A stretch of 39,938 bases of DNA from a virus (Duplodnaviria; Caudoviricetes): positions 1 to 39,938 of the IMG/VR virus record IMGVR_UViG_3300017560_000159, one strand, 5' to 3'. Shown here one piece after another: positions 6,281 to 14,716 of the stretch. The notes under the pieces are model-generated. The model saw only the letters and a program-made list of their open reading frames with translations, ran no database searches and was not told where the DNA came from. Each line of letters starts with the position of its first letter. Position 1 is the first letter of the stretch. The translations under genes and the position numbers were made by a program.

Positions 6281-7817
6281 TCGCGCCCCCCTTTTCCTTG
6301 CCCTTGAGATACGCAAGGCGCAGCGACGTGATCTTGCCCAGCGTGTTGCGCGTAGGTGGTGTGTTCGGCATGTCGTGGAATTTCCAATCCCATGAAGGCC
6401 AGTCACCCGTGATGTCGTGGAACAGCGCCCGCGCGCGCTTCTCCTGCTTGTCCTCGGCGGACTTCTCACGGGCGTAGGTGCAAAGCTGCTCGAACAGGTG
6501 GCGGCGGTCGTCGGCGAGTTTCTTCTTGCCCAGCATGACGGGCAGCATTTCCCCCGCTTCGACCTCTACCAGCGCTTGCTTCTGCACCTCGAAGCCGCAC
6601 GCCATGCAGCGGCGTGCGAACGGCGTGTGACCGCAGGAGGGGCAGCCCTCGCGTTCCGATTCCTTCGTCTCGCGGCGGATCTCCTTGTCCAGCTTCTCGC
6701 CCGCATCCAGGGCGATCAATCCGTTGTAGAAGATGTTCTCGAAGTCCTTCAGGAAGCGGATGAAATTGCCGCTGTGGTCCAGGAGAATGCAATCCGTCTT
6801 GCCCGTCTCCGGCGAGGAGCGAAGACCGCGCCCCCACATCTGAATTGCGGTAGAAAGCGACTTTCGCAGCGGGCGGCAGTCAATCACGCAGCCCACGTCC
6901 TTCACGTCAAAGCCTTTGGCCAACGCTTCGACGCTGATCAATACACGGATGACCGAATCGGGCTTCTCGTACTCCGCCAGCAGCATGTCACGCTCGGTCT
7001 GCGTGGTGTTCTGGCTGTAGACGGCGGCCATGACGCCGGCCTCGTTGAACTGGCGGCAAAGTTCTTCGCAATGCGCGATGGTCGATCCGAAGCAGATGGT
7101 CTTGCGCCCTTGCCCGTGGCGGATCCACTCCGACACCACGTCGCCGACGATGCCCATGCCGCGCTCGGCGGCGGCGGCTTCGGTCCATTCGCCGCCGGCC
7201 GTTGCTGCGCCGTCCATGTTGACGCGTTTGGCGCTCAGGACGTGCATCGGGACAAGAATCCCCTGCTGCGTCAGATCGTTCATGGTGGCGGCGTTGATCA
7301 AGTTGCTGAACAACTTGCCCAAGCCAGGCGAGAACGGCGTGGCGGAAAGGCCCACGACAGACGCGGGGCATTTTTGGATGTGATCGGTCCAGACGCTAAG
7401 CTGCGTGTGCGCCTCGTCGATGATGATCACGTCAGAGGCCGGCCAGCCGCGGCTGCCCAAAGTCTGCGCGCTGGCGATCTGGAACGGGAGGCTGGGATTC
7501 ACGCGCCAATGGCTCGCCTGGATCACGCCGTGATTGTTCAGCCCGTAGCTGTCGGCCGCCTTGCTCGTTTGATTGATCAGCGCCACACGGTCGCAAACAA
7601 ACGTCGCACGTTTGCCGCGCTGCAAGGCCTCGTTAGCGATTCGCAGGCCGAGGTAAGTCTTCCCCGCCCCCGTGGGGGCCATGATGAGCTGATTCTTGTG
7701 GCCAGCCCGGCGCCCAGCGCGCAAGGCTTCGTGCGCGGATTGCTGAAAGGCCCGAGGCGGCGGGAAAGTGGTGGCCGCCAGTTCGGCCACGTCTTCGGGA
7801 AAGAGCGCGTGATTCAT
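6267..7817 (-). CDS. SF2 DEAH helicase with C-terminal zinc finger
   Basis: APTGAGKT, IIDEAH, GLSATP, QMWGRGLR, CPSC...CMAC. Confidence 0.93.
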   Translation of the reverse strand: MNHALFPEDVAELAATTFPPPRAFQQSAHEALRAGRRAGHKNQLIMAPTGAGKTYLGLRIANEALQRGKRATFVCDRVALINQTSKAADSYGLNNHGVIQASHWRVNPSLPFQIASAQTLGSRGWPASDVIIIDEAHTQLSVWTDHIQKCPASVVGLSATPFSPGLGKLFSNLINAATMNDLTQQGILVPMHVLSAKRVNMDGAATAGGEWTEAAAAERGMGIVGDVVSEWIRHGQGRKTICFGSTIAHCEELCRQFNEAGVMAAVYSQNTTQTERDMLLAEYEKPDSVIRVLISVEALAKGFDVKDVGCVIDCRPLRKSLSTAIQMWGRGLRSSPETGKTDCILLDHSGNFIRFLKDFENIFYNGLIALDAGEKLDKEIRRETKESEREGCPSCGHTPFARRCMACGFEVQKQALVEVEAGEMLPVMLGKKKLADDRRHLFEQLCTYAREKSAEDKQEKRARALFHDITGDWPSWDWKFHDMPNTPPTRNTLGKITSLRLAYLKGKEKGGANANV

Positions 7818-8773
7818 GCCGCCCCCGTCCGCTTTTCGAGCGCATCCAGCTTGCGCTTGTAGGCTTTGGCTGCCTTGACGGCGGCATCCTTCTCATTCAT
7901 CAAGCCTTGTACGCGGGTCGTCAGTACGCGGTTTTCTTCCGTCAGGCGCGAGATTTCGGCCATCGCAGCGGCCAGACGGTCATCGGATTCGAAGACACGT
8001 CCCATCATCTGGTTGTCCGCCAGCAGGCGCTCGTGATCGGCCAGCAGTTCACGCTCGGCGTCTTCGTGGCTTTCACGGTCCTCGAGCACGACAGGTGACG
8101 GTGCCGCGGTGGGCCGCTGCGGTGCGGGTTTCTTTGCGCGCGCGGCCTGCTTGATGGCGGCCGGACCGGCGGCAGCAAGCGCTGCCTGCTCTTCCTTGGG
8201 CATGTCCGCCACGGCGTGGGCGTCTTTCAGTGAGACCGCCCCCGACTTGACCGCGCTCTGGATCTCGGGAACGGCATTTCGGCCGACTTTCTTGGCCTGC
8301 TCGATGGTGGCGACGCTCACGCCCGCGGACTCCGCCATCGCTGCGGCGGTCTTCGGCTGTAATTCCCTACCCGGTAGGGAATTAGCCTCGCCGGTCGTCG
8401 CATCCGATGCGGAGATTACGGCGCTGTTCGCCGCAACGTTTGCGGAGATTGCAGGCTTCCCCACTGCCCGCCATTGCCAAAGCTCGGTTTCGATGAGCGC
8501 CAAGGCGCCGGCCGTCAGGTGGCGGCGTTCCTTGTTCTGCGCCTTGACGAAATCCACCGGGTCAACGTCGCCCAGCTCGGACTCCGGACAAGACATGCCC
8601 AGTTCCTGGCTCGCGGTGTAGCGGTGCCAGCCGTCAATCACCATCCCCTCGTACAGGGTGATGGCGTTTTGGACGCCGATGTTTTCGATGCTGTCCTTGA
8701 GCGCCTGGAATTCGGCGGCGCTCATGGCCGGGAAGGCGGCCGACAAAGGGTGCTGAAGGTGGGCCATGCTCAT
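7814..8773 (-). CDS. ParB-like N-terminal domain protein with HTH and coiled coil
   Basis: HPLS..FP.M...EF.ALK.SI...G....I......IDGWHRY.A; N..RRHLT. Confidence 0.75.
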   Translation of the reverse strand: MSMAHLQHPLSAAFPAMSAAEFQALKDSIENIGVQNAITLYEGMVIDGWHRYTASQELGMSCPESELGDVDPVDFVKAQNKERRHLTAGALALIETELWQWRAVGKPAISANVAANSAVISASDATTGEANSLPGRELQPKTAAAMAESAGVSVATIEQAKKVGRNAVPEIQSAVKSGAVSLKDAHAVADMPKEEQAALAAAGPAAIKQAARAKKPAPQRPTAAPSPVVLEDRESHEDAERELLADHERLLADNQMMGRVFESDDRLAAAMAEISRLTEENRVLTTRVQGLMNEKDAAVKAAKAYKRKLDALEKRTGAA

Positions 8774-8967
8774 GCGTCTCCCGAGCCGATCCACACAGCG
8801 TCGGGCGCCGGGGGCGTGTTGGTGTCGCCGGGGATATGCTGCGGTGTAGACCAGAACGGCCAGGGGATCGGCGCGCGCATCGGGCGGCTGCGCGTCTCGG
8901 CGACGGTCGCCGACGACATGCCTACCTCTTGGGCTCTGTCGATTAGGGTGGCGTCGGCATTAGGCAT
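8770..8967 (-). CDS. Hypothetical protein
   Basis: 65-aa ORF between cro and the ParB-like gene, overlapping both; RBS GGAGG. Confidence 0.5.
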   Translation of the reverse strand: MPNADATLIDRAQEVGMSSATVAETRSRPMRAPIPWPFWSTPQHIPGDTNTPPAPDAVWIGSGDA

Positions 8968-9178
8968 GGGCGACCTCCGTCTCGGAATGAGCGAGGTCAG
9001 GCCAAAGGCTTTGCCAGTCGTTCGGATGAAGTCGCACGAACGCGGCGAAGACCCGATCAGCTATCTTGGGTGGCAAGTCGTCGGGCCATTGGCGTACACC
9101 TTGGTACGAAATACCAAGGGCGGCGGCCGCTTTAGGGATGGTTCCGCCCAATTTTTCGATTGCACGAGCTTTTTTCAT
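8960..9178 (-). CDS. cro: Cro-like repressor
   Basis: MKKARAIEKLGG...AAAALGISYQGVRQWPD.LP; divergent from cI. Confidence 0.88.
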   Translation of the reverse strand: MKKARAIEKLGGTIPKAAAALGISYQGVRQWPDDLPPKIADRVFAAFVRLHPNDWQSLWPDLAHSETEVAHA

Positions 9179-9184
9179 GGCCAA

Positions 9185-9256
9185 ATTGAATCATGATTCA
9201 GTATGATGTGCAACCATAATTCAACCACCACAGGCGAAACTTTGAATCATGATTCA
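9185..9256. promoter_or_regulatory. oR/pR immunity region with three operators
   Basis: Palindrome TGAATCATGATTCA at 9187-9200 and 9243-9256, variant GCAACCATAATTCA at 9210-9223; minus-strand TTGCAC-17-TTCAAT promoter. Confidence 0.8.
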
Positions 9257-10310
9257 GACCTACGCAGACCGCCTCCTCCTCGCCATGAGCCAGCGCAATG
9301 TCGATGTGACAACGCTGGCCAAAGCGTTGGGCATGAGCTATCAGGGCGTTAAACGCGTCGCGGACGGCAAGTCCAAAGCGTTTACCGCCGCCAATAACGA
9401 AGAGGCCGCGCACTTCCTCCGCGTGTCGCCGCGATGGCTCGCAACTGGTCAAGGCGACATGGACGCCGGAGCGGTTCGCGCGCCAGATCCCTGGCCGCTT
9501 CCATTTGTGGAAGAGGCAGACGTGCGCGCCCTGCCGCCGGAGCAGCTAACCGCGCTGGGGGTGGCCGTTGCCCTGGCCGTCGCGCAGCTCAAGCTCAACA
9601 TCAAGGTTTCTCCGCAGACGGCGACCGCGCCCCCAGCGGCAACCACGGGACTGCGTGCTCACAAGCCTGGCGCGTTGGTGGACATGGATGCGGCTGATGA
9701 TCCATTTCCGATGCGTATCCCGGGGCTCCCGCCCGCTCCCTGGGATGCGGAGCGAGCAGTGCCGCGCCCCGCCTCGCCCTTGCGCATCAGCACACAGGCG
9801 GGCGTTACCGCCAATGCCGGGCCGGGGGAGCCGCACGCGGCAAATGACGAATTCGAGGAAGTGCCAGAGCTGGCCGAGGTGCGCCTGGCCGCGGGCGATG
9901 GCATCGAGAACCACAGCGAAGACCAGACCGGCATGATCCAGTTCCGCCGCTCGTTCCTCAAGGCGGTGGGCGCGGACAACGGGAAGGCACGTGTGGTGTA
10001 TGCCAAAGGCGACAGTATGGAGCCGGTCATTCGTGACGGCGCCGCCCTGCTCGTCGTTCCGAACGAGAACCTCACGCTTCGCGACTTGGCCGCCGGCGGC
10101 GTATATGCCATTAACTACGACGGCAAAATGATCGTGAAGACGGTCGCCAAAGACAAACTTACGGGCCGGTGGGTGGCGCGTTCATTCAACCCGGCATATC
10201 AAGACATCCCGCTGGAGAACGGACACCCCGCTCGCGTGCTGGGCCAGGTCGTTTGGACGGGCGCCCGTCTGCGGGATGATGAGGCCGGCCAATGGGTCCG
10301 CGAACGCTGA
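9249..10310 (+). CDS. cI: CI-like repressor (XRE HTH plus S24 autopeptidase)
   Basis: N-terminal HTH ending VSPRWLATGQG; LAAG cleavage site; GDSMEP serine and VK lysine; long Pro-rich linker. Confidence 0.93.
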   Translation: MIQTYADRLLLAMSQRNVDVTTLAKALGMSYQGVKRVADGKSKAFTAANNEEAAHFLRVSPRWLATGQGDMDAGAVRAPDPWPLPFVEEADVRALPPEQLTALGVAVALAVAQLKLNIKVSPQTATAPPAATTGLRAHKPGALVDMDAADDPFPMRIPGLPPAPWDAERAVPRPASPLRISTQAGVTANAGPGEPHAANDEFEEVPELAEVRLAAGDGIENHSEDQTGMIQFRRSFLKAVGADNGKARVVYAKGDSMEPVIRDGAALLVVPNENLTLRDLAAGGVYAINYDGKMIVKTVAKDKLTGRWVARSFNPAYQDIPLENGHPARVLGQVVWTGARLRDDEAGQWVRER

Positions 10311-10329
10311 CCGCGGCGGGACAAAGATC

Positions 10330-10353
10330 AAGCCACCTTCGGGTGGCTTTTTT
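10330..10353 (+). terminator. Intrinsic terminator of cI
   Basis: AAGCCACC-TTCG-GGTGGCTT-TTTT. Confidence 0.9.
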
Positions 10354-10375
10354 AATGCGCCATCAACCCAACGAT

Positions 10376-10414
10376 TGAATTATGGTTGACCGACAATTTA
10401 AATCATGATTCAAT
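10376..10414 (+). promoter_or_regulatory. oL/pL promoter with two operators
   Basis: TGAATTATGGTTGA (10376-10389) and TAAATCATGATTCA (10399-10412); TTGACC-17-TTCAAT. Confidence 0.8.
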
Positions 10415-10448
10415 GACTACACGGTGGAAATACACCACCGAAAAAGCA

Positions 10449-10508
10449 AAGCCCCGCACCTGTTAGCGCAGGCCGGGGCTTCAAGAAGTACCGCAGTTAG
10501 CGCTGCGG
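10449..10508 (+). repeat. Tandem hairpins with identical TTAGCG loops in the pL leader
   Basis: CCTG-TTAGCG-CAGG atop AAGCCCCG/CGGGGCTT, and CCGCAG-TTAGCG-CTGCGG. Confidence 0.7.
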
Positions 10509-10540
10509 CCCTCGTACCTGGACAGCCTGAGGAGGCCATT

Positions 10541-10948
10541 ATGTCCAAGAAAAATATCCGCCCGCATGGCGCGGAGGGGATCTCTCATCCTCGCACAGTA
10601 ACAAAATCTTCGTTGACCGTCAACACTTCGTCAACGCTCGGATTTCCCTTCCGCGCCGACGGCTTTCGAGCTGCCGAGCAATGGCACGTAGCGTTCTGCG
10701 CTGCAGCTGATGCAGCCCGAGGCTATCTCTTCCCCTCGGGCCTACGCCAAGCATTTGAAGCCCTGCCCCTCCCCGCTCGCTCAGACTTTCTGGATGCGGT
10801 CGGCGCATTGCTGGTCAGCTTCGCAGTCATCGGCGCGCCGGCCCCCGGCCGCCAGAACCTTCGTGAAGACGTGGCGTTGGCACTCAAGTCGCCTGAAGAA
10901 CAGGATCGCTGGGCGCAGGCCAACAACCCCGAGGGGGACGCAGCATGA
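10541..10948 (+). CDS. Hypothetical early protein
   Basis: RBS GAGGAGG before ATG 10541; coupled to the next gene. Confidence 0.7.
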   Translation: MSKKNIRPHGAEGISHPRTVTKSSLTVNTSSTLGFPFRADGFRAAEQWHVAFCAAADAARGYLFPSGLRQAFEALPLPARSDFLDAVGALLVSFAVIGAPAPGRQNLREDVALALKSPEEQDRWAQANNPEGDAA

Positions 10949-11763
10949 GTTCGCGCACCGATGCAATCCTCCGCATTACTCCCGCTGAATACCGCCAATT
11001 CGCTGAGGAAGTGAAAGCCTGCGGCATGGTCCTGCGCCTGTTCGAGCAGCCAGCACAAATCATCGGCCTGCGGTCCGGCCTCGACGCCAGCGTCATCGAT
11101 GCAACGTGCGAAGAGGTTGCGGGCTCGCTCGTCGAAGCTCCGTCACTCCTTCTTTGCACCCACATTGATGCTGGCCGAGTTCGTCGTGAGGCAAAGGACC
11201 GCTACGAATGCGACCTGTCTCAACTGACCGATTCGGAGATGTACCGCTTCTGGCTGTATCACGAGATCGGTCATGGCGCGGATAACTATTGCTCCCTCTC
11301 CTTCCAGCTCAGCGAAGCGGCCAACAACCCGGAAACCGCGAAGGACATTCTGCACCGTATCTGGTGCGCGAATGAGGTCCTGGCGGACCGTTGGGCGTGG
11401 GCGCAGGTGTGCGAAAGGCCGATGCCGTTGACCGCAAGCGGCAGGCGGTTCCAAGACGCTATCGCGGCCGAACTGGAGTTCCTGGATGGAGTAACGGGCG
11501 GCCGGAAGAACTACGCCAAACGGCCGTTCCCGCACGTCAAGCCCGGCCCGTATCACGGCGTGCCCCTTCGTATGCTGGCGCGAGAAGACGCACATGTTTG
11601 GATCGGGCCCGACATCGCGCCTGGCGTAAAGGAGCGGGCGCTGCGATTCGAAGAGCGAGCGATGCAAAGTCCCCACCATCATCTGCCGGAACGACTGGTA
11701 GACCGCGTGCAAAGTCGCGCGCCGCTCGATCTGACGCACGTCACGGTATTGGAGGTGGCATGA
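10945..11763 (+). CDS. Putative HExxH zinc metallopeptidase (ImmA/IrrE-like)
   Basis: RFWLYHEIGHG followed by NEVLADRWAW. Confidence 0.65.
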   Translation: MSSRTDAILRITPAEYRQFAEEVKACGMVLRLFEQPAQIIGLRSGLDASVIDATCEEVAGSLVEAPSLLLCTHIDAGRVRREAKDRYECDLSQLTDSEMYRFWLYHEIGHGADNYCSLSFQLSEAANNPETAKDILHRIWCANEVLADRWAWAQVCERPMPLTASGRRFQDAIAAELEFLDGVTGGRKNYAKRPFPHVKPGPYHGVPLRMLAREDAHVWIGPDIAPGVKERALRFEERAMQSPHHHLPERLVDRVQSRAPLDLTHVTVLEVA

Positions 11764-11966
11764 GCCCGCGCAACAACATCCCCGCCCCCCAGGACCTTGC
11801 CGGCGCGGCGTGGGAGATCAAGGCACTCCTCGATGCGTTGGACGAGCTCATGCCGCTCGACAAGGCCGAAGGCGTGGCGCTCCATGCCCTTGCGCAAATC
11901 GGTAGCGCCAAGGCTCGCGAGCTGGCCAACCATCTGTCCGTCGTGACGGAGGTGCGCCATGTCTAA
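11760..11966 (+). CDS. Hypothetical protein
   Basis: Start MSPRNN with GGAGG and ATGA overlap. Confidence 0.65.
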   Translation: MSPRNNIPAPQDLAGAAWEIKALLDALDELMPLDKAEGVALHALAQIGSAKARELANHLSVVTEVRHV

Positions 11967-12234
11967 GCCCCGCAACCCCACCGAGCAACTGGCGGCTGCC
12001 GTGCGCGGCCGCGCGCTGTACACCCGCCTGTACGACAAGGCCACGGCGGAACTGTCGGAGAGCAAGGCTGAGGAGGCTGCCATGCGCGAACGCTGCGCAA
12101 CCCTGGCCAGCGCCCTCGAGATCACGACCAGCATCCTCGAGGCCTCGGCAGACCCGCACCTGAAAGCCAGCGCCACCGCGGCGCGCAACCTACTGAACAC
12201 TGCGGGGCGCGTCCCCAAGACGGAGAATCAATGA
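11959..12234 (+). CDS. Hypothetical helical protein
   Basis: RBS GGAGG; overlapping operon arrangement. Confidence 0.7.
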   Translation: MSKPRNPTEQLAAAVRGRALYTRLYDKATAELSESKAEEAAMRERCATLASALEITTSILEASADPHLKASATAARNLLNTAGRVPKTENQ

Positions 12235-13151
12235 TGAGCAACAACAAAAGCCAAGCGTGGTTCAAGAACCTCAAGATTTTCCGCCTGACAGCTCACGTTT
12301 CCGCATTCGCCGAAGATCTGAAAGCCGGCCTGGGGCGCCACGCATATCAGCCGGGTTCCAATCTGGAAATGCAGTCACTCGGCTGGATCGCGCCTCGTGA
12401 GAACGGCGGTCTGGTTCACATCGTCGGCGGGCAAATTCTGCTTGTTCTGCGCGCTGGCAAAAAGCTCCTGCCTGGCGCCGTCGTGAACCAAACCGCTAAG
12501 GCCAGGGCTCAAGAAATCGAAGAGCAGCAAGGCTACAAGCCGGGGCGCAAGCAGATGAAGGAAATCAAAGAGCGCGTGATCGACGAGCTGCTACCGCAAG
12601 CGTTCAACGTCTATCGCGACACGCGTGTCTGGATCGATCCGATCAACCGATGGCTGGTCATCGATACGGCCTCCTCTGCCAAGGCTGACGAGGTAATAGG
12701 CCTGCTGGCTAAGACCATCGATCCTTTCCCGCTGGAAAACCTGTACGTGGCCCAATCGCCCGCCTCGGCCATGACCGGCTGGCTGGCGGAAGATGAGGCC
12801 CCCGGAAACCTCAGCATCGACCAAGACACCGAGTTGCGGTCATCCGGGGAGAGCGGAGCGGCCATCCGCTACGTGAAGCACTCTATCGACGCCGATGACG
12901 CCCGCCGGCATATCCAGTCGGGCAAGCAGTGCACCCGCCTGGCAATGACCTGGGCCGACCGCATTTCGTTCGTGCTGACCGAAGGCCTCGATATGCGGCG
13001 AGTTGTGCCCTTGGACGTGCTGAAGGACGGCAACGAAGGCATCACAGCTAACGACGACGAAAAGTTCGACTCCGACATGATGCTGATGACCGGCGAACTG
13101 GCGAAGCTGCTAGCCGAAATGGTAGAAGCGCTTGGCGGGGAGAAGAAATGA
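12231..13151 (+). CDS. rdgC: Recombination-associated protein RdgC
   Basis: WFKNLKIFRL, SLGW..P, KLLP..VV, LLPQAF, LAMTWADRISFVL, FDSD..LMTGEL. Confidence 0.95.
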   Translation: MMSNNKSQAWFKNLKIFRLTAHVSAFAEDLKAGLGRHAYQPGSNLEMQSLGWIAPRENGGLVHIVGGQILLVLRAGKKLLPGAVVNQTAKARAQEIEEQQGYKPGRKQMKEIKERVIDELLPQAFNVYRDTRVWIDPINRWLVIDTASSAKADEVIGLLAKTIDPFPLENLYVAQSPASAMTGWLAEDEAPGNLSIDQDTELRSSGESGAAIRYVKHSIDADDARRHIQSGKQCTRLAMTWADRISFVLTEGLDMRRVVPLDVLKDGNEGITANDDEKFDSDMMLMTGELAKLLAEMVEALGGEKK

Positions 13152-13897
13152 AGCAGTCCGACGTGAACCACCTGCGCCGCTTGCTTGGCTGGATCCGCTG
13201 CGATATCGGCCAGGCGCCGGCAGAACTCCAACAGACGATGATCGACGTTGCCGCCGGCCTAGGCCACCCGAAAATCAGCGAAGAGGCCAAGGCCCGGATG
13301 GTCGAGACGTACCGCCGCGCGGAGGCTGTCCCCCTGTATGTACGCGCCGCGGTCAAGGCGCTGGAAAAGACGCTGCCGGTCGCGGGGCGCGACCGTGGTG
13401 CTGGATCCGCGCGTGCCACCGCTGCAACCCGCGTCAGCGTTGGGCTTGACCCTGGTGCTGACACCGGGGAGGAGCCGACGCTGGATGATGGTCAAGTAGA
13501 GCGCGGTCTGGCCGAGATCGGCATTCACACCTGGGGACCGCGCGCCGAAGACTGGCTGGCAGGCGCCAACTATGCCGCCCGCCACCTCCGCGACGGCGCC
13601 CCCCCCCCGGCCGCCGAGCCGCTCCGGAACCGCCTGGGTGCGGCAGCCAACGAGGTGGCGGGCGGCGGCATCCCGGCGGCGCCCGCCACCCTTCGCCCGG
13701 ATGATGTTGGCGGCGTGGGCGCGGCCCGCCCGTGTCGGCCGGCCCCGTCCAGGGCGCAAGAGTTGGGACAGGCCCTGGCCGACCGGGTAGCGGAAATCAC
13801 CCGCGCTGAGGCCAAGACCGCGCGCGATACTGCAGGTCAGGAGCAAAACTGCAGGTCGACCGAAAACCAGCAGGCGATGCAGGAGGGCCAGGCATGA
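13148..13897 (+). CDS. Hypothetical protein (low-complexity C-terminal half)
   Basis: ORF coupled at both ends by ATGA overlaps. Confidence 0.6.
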   Translation: MKQSDVNHLRRLLGWIRCDIGQAPAELQQTMIDVAAGLGHPKISEEAKARMVETYRRAEAVPLYVRAAVKALEKTLPVAGRDRGAGSARATAATRVSVGLDPGADTGEEPTLDDGQVERGLAEIGIHTWGPRAEDWLAGANYAARHLRDGAPPPAAEPLRNRLGAAANEVAGGGIPAAPATLRPDDVGGVGAARPCRPAPSRAQELGQALADRVAEITRAEAKTARDTAGQEQNCRSTENQQAMQEGQA

Positions 13898-14172
13898 AGA
13901 AAGCCAGGGTCGCATTCCTGCTGGCGCTCGTCCTCGCTGGTTGCTCGAAAACGCCTGTGTCTGTGTCGAGCACCGACAACCAGGAGATCCAGGTTGCCGA
14001 ACTGTTCACGCACAAGGGCGTGAGGGTCTTCCGGTTCAATGACGCCGGCCGCTGGGTCTATTTCACTAGCAAAGCCACCGATGTGACCGCCGCGCACCTC
14101 GAATACTGCGGGAAAGGCTGCACGCGGCCCGTGAGGGTCGAGACAATGGGCGTCAGTGGGTGGCAGCCATGA
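13894..14172 (+). CDS. Small lipoprotein (DUF4884-like)
   Basis: Signal peptide with lipobox LAGC; LF.HKGVRVFRF.DAGRWVYFT. Confidence 0.75.
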   Translation: MKKARVAFLLALVLAGCSKTPVSVSSTDNQEIQVAELFTHKGVRVFRFNDAGRWVYFTSKATDVTAAHLEYCGKGCTRPVRVETMGVSGWQP

Positions 14173-14372
14173 ACCAGCTTGTGTATCGCATTGGAGATCT
14201 GCAGCGCGTCATCGGACTGTCGAAATGGACGGTCTACAAGCTGATGAAGACGGGCGATTTTCCCCATCCCATCCAACTGACGAGCAAAGCGGTTGGTTGG
14301 CGCGCGAGTGACGTGGAGAAGTGGGTGAACGACCGGCAGCAGGCGGGCGATTCGCCATCCATCGACGGCTGA
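14169..14372 (+). CDS. AlpA-family excisionase/regulator
   Basis: RI.DL...IGLSKWTVYKLMKTGDFP.PIQL...AVGW....V.KW; adjacent to attP. Confidence 0.9.
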   Translation: MNQLVYRIGDLQRVIGLSKWTVYKLMKTGDFPHPIQLTSKAVGWRASDVEKWVNDRQQAGDSPSIDG

Positions 14373-14387
14373 CCCGAGCGGCAAAAG

Positions 14388-14425
14388 AAAAGGCCCCGAA
14401 ACTCGATGAGTTTGGGGCCTTTTTT
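14388..14425. terminator. Bidirectional intrinsic terminator
   Basis: AAAAGGCCCC...GGGGCCTTTTTT; would also terminate the reconstituted host tRNA in the lysogen. Confidence 0.85.
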
Positions 14426-14429
14426 CATT

Positions 14430-14451
14430 TAGTCCACCAGCTAGTCCACCA
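14430..14451. repeat. Integrase arm-type sites (left pair)
   Basis: TAGTCCACCA at 14430-14439 and 14442-14451. Confidence 0.8.
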
Positions 14452-14497
14452 ACTGGCTTTCTGTGCAGTGCGGAATCGCTAAGACCCGCATGGATAT

Positions 14498-14544
14498 TGG
14501 TCGGGGCGGTGGGATTCGAACTCACGACCCTCTGCTCCCAAAGC
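14498..14544 (-). mobile_element. attP core: 3' half of tRNA-Pro(UGG)
   Basis: GCTTTGGGAGCAGAGGGTCGTGAGTTCGAATCCCACCGCCCCGACCA: anticodon loop to CCA only, between xis and int. Confidence 0.9.
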
Positions 14545-14671
14545 GTTACCTGTCGCGTTTTTGACGGGTGCTCACGGTGTGCCAAGTTGCGGAAATATCG
14601 ATTTTTCAGTAACTTACGCGCTCTTCGAGTGTGCCACGGTAGCTTATGGTTTGTCTGAAGCTGCTGCACGA

Positions 14672-14692
14672 TAGTCCACCAAAAGTCCACTA
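14672..14692. repeat. Integrase arm-type sites (right pair)
   Basis: TAGTCCACCA at 14672-14681 and AAGTCCACTA at 14683-14692. Confidence 0.8.
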
Positions 14693-14716
14693 CCGCGACC
14701 TTCTGCCGCATCGACA

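Noticed and set aside
14498-14544. Complete tRNA-Pro gene
   Set aside because: Only the anticodon loop to CCA is present; no 5' acceptor strand or D arm. It is the attP core.
14430-14692. CRISPR-like array from TAGTCCACCA repeats
   Set aside because: Repeats are 10 bp, paired and without regular spacers; no cas genes. They fit integrase arm sites.
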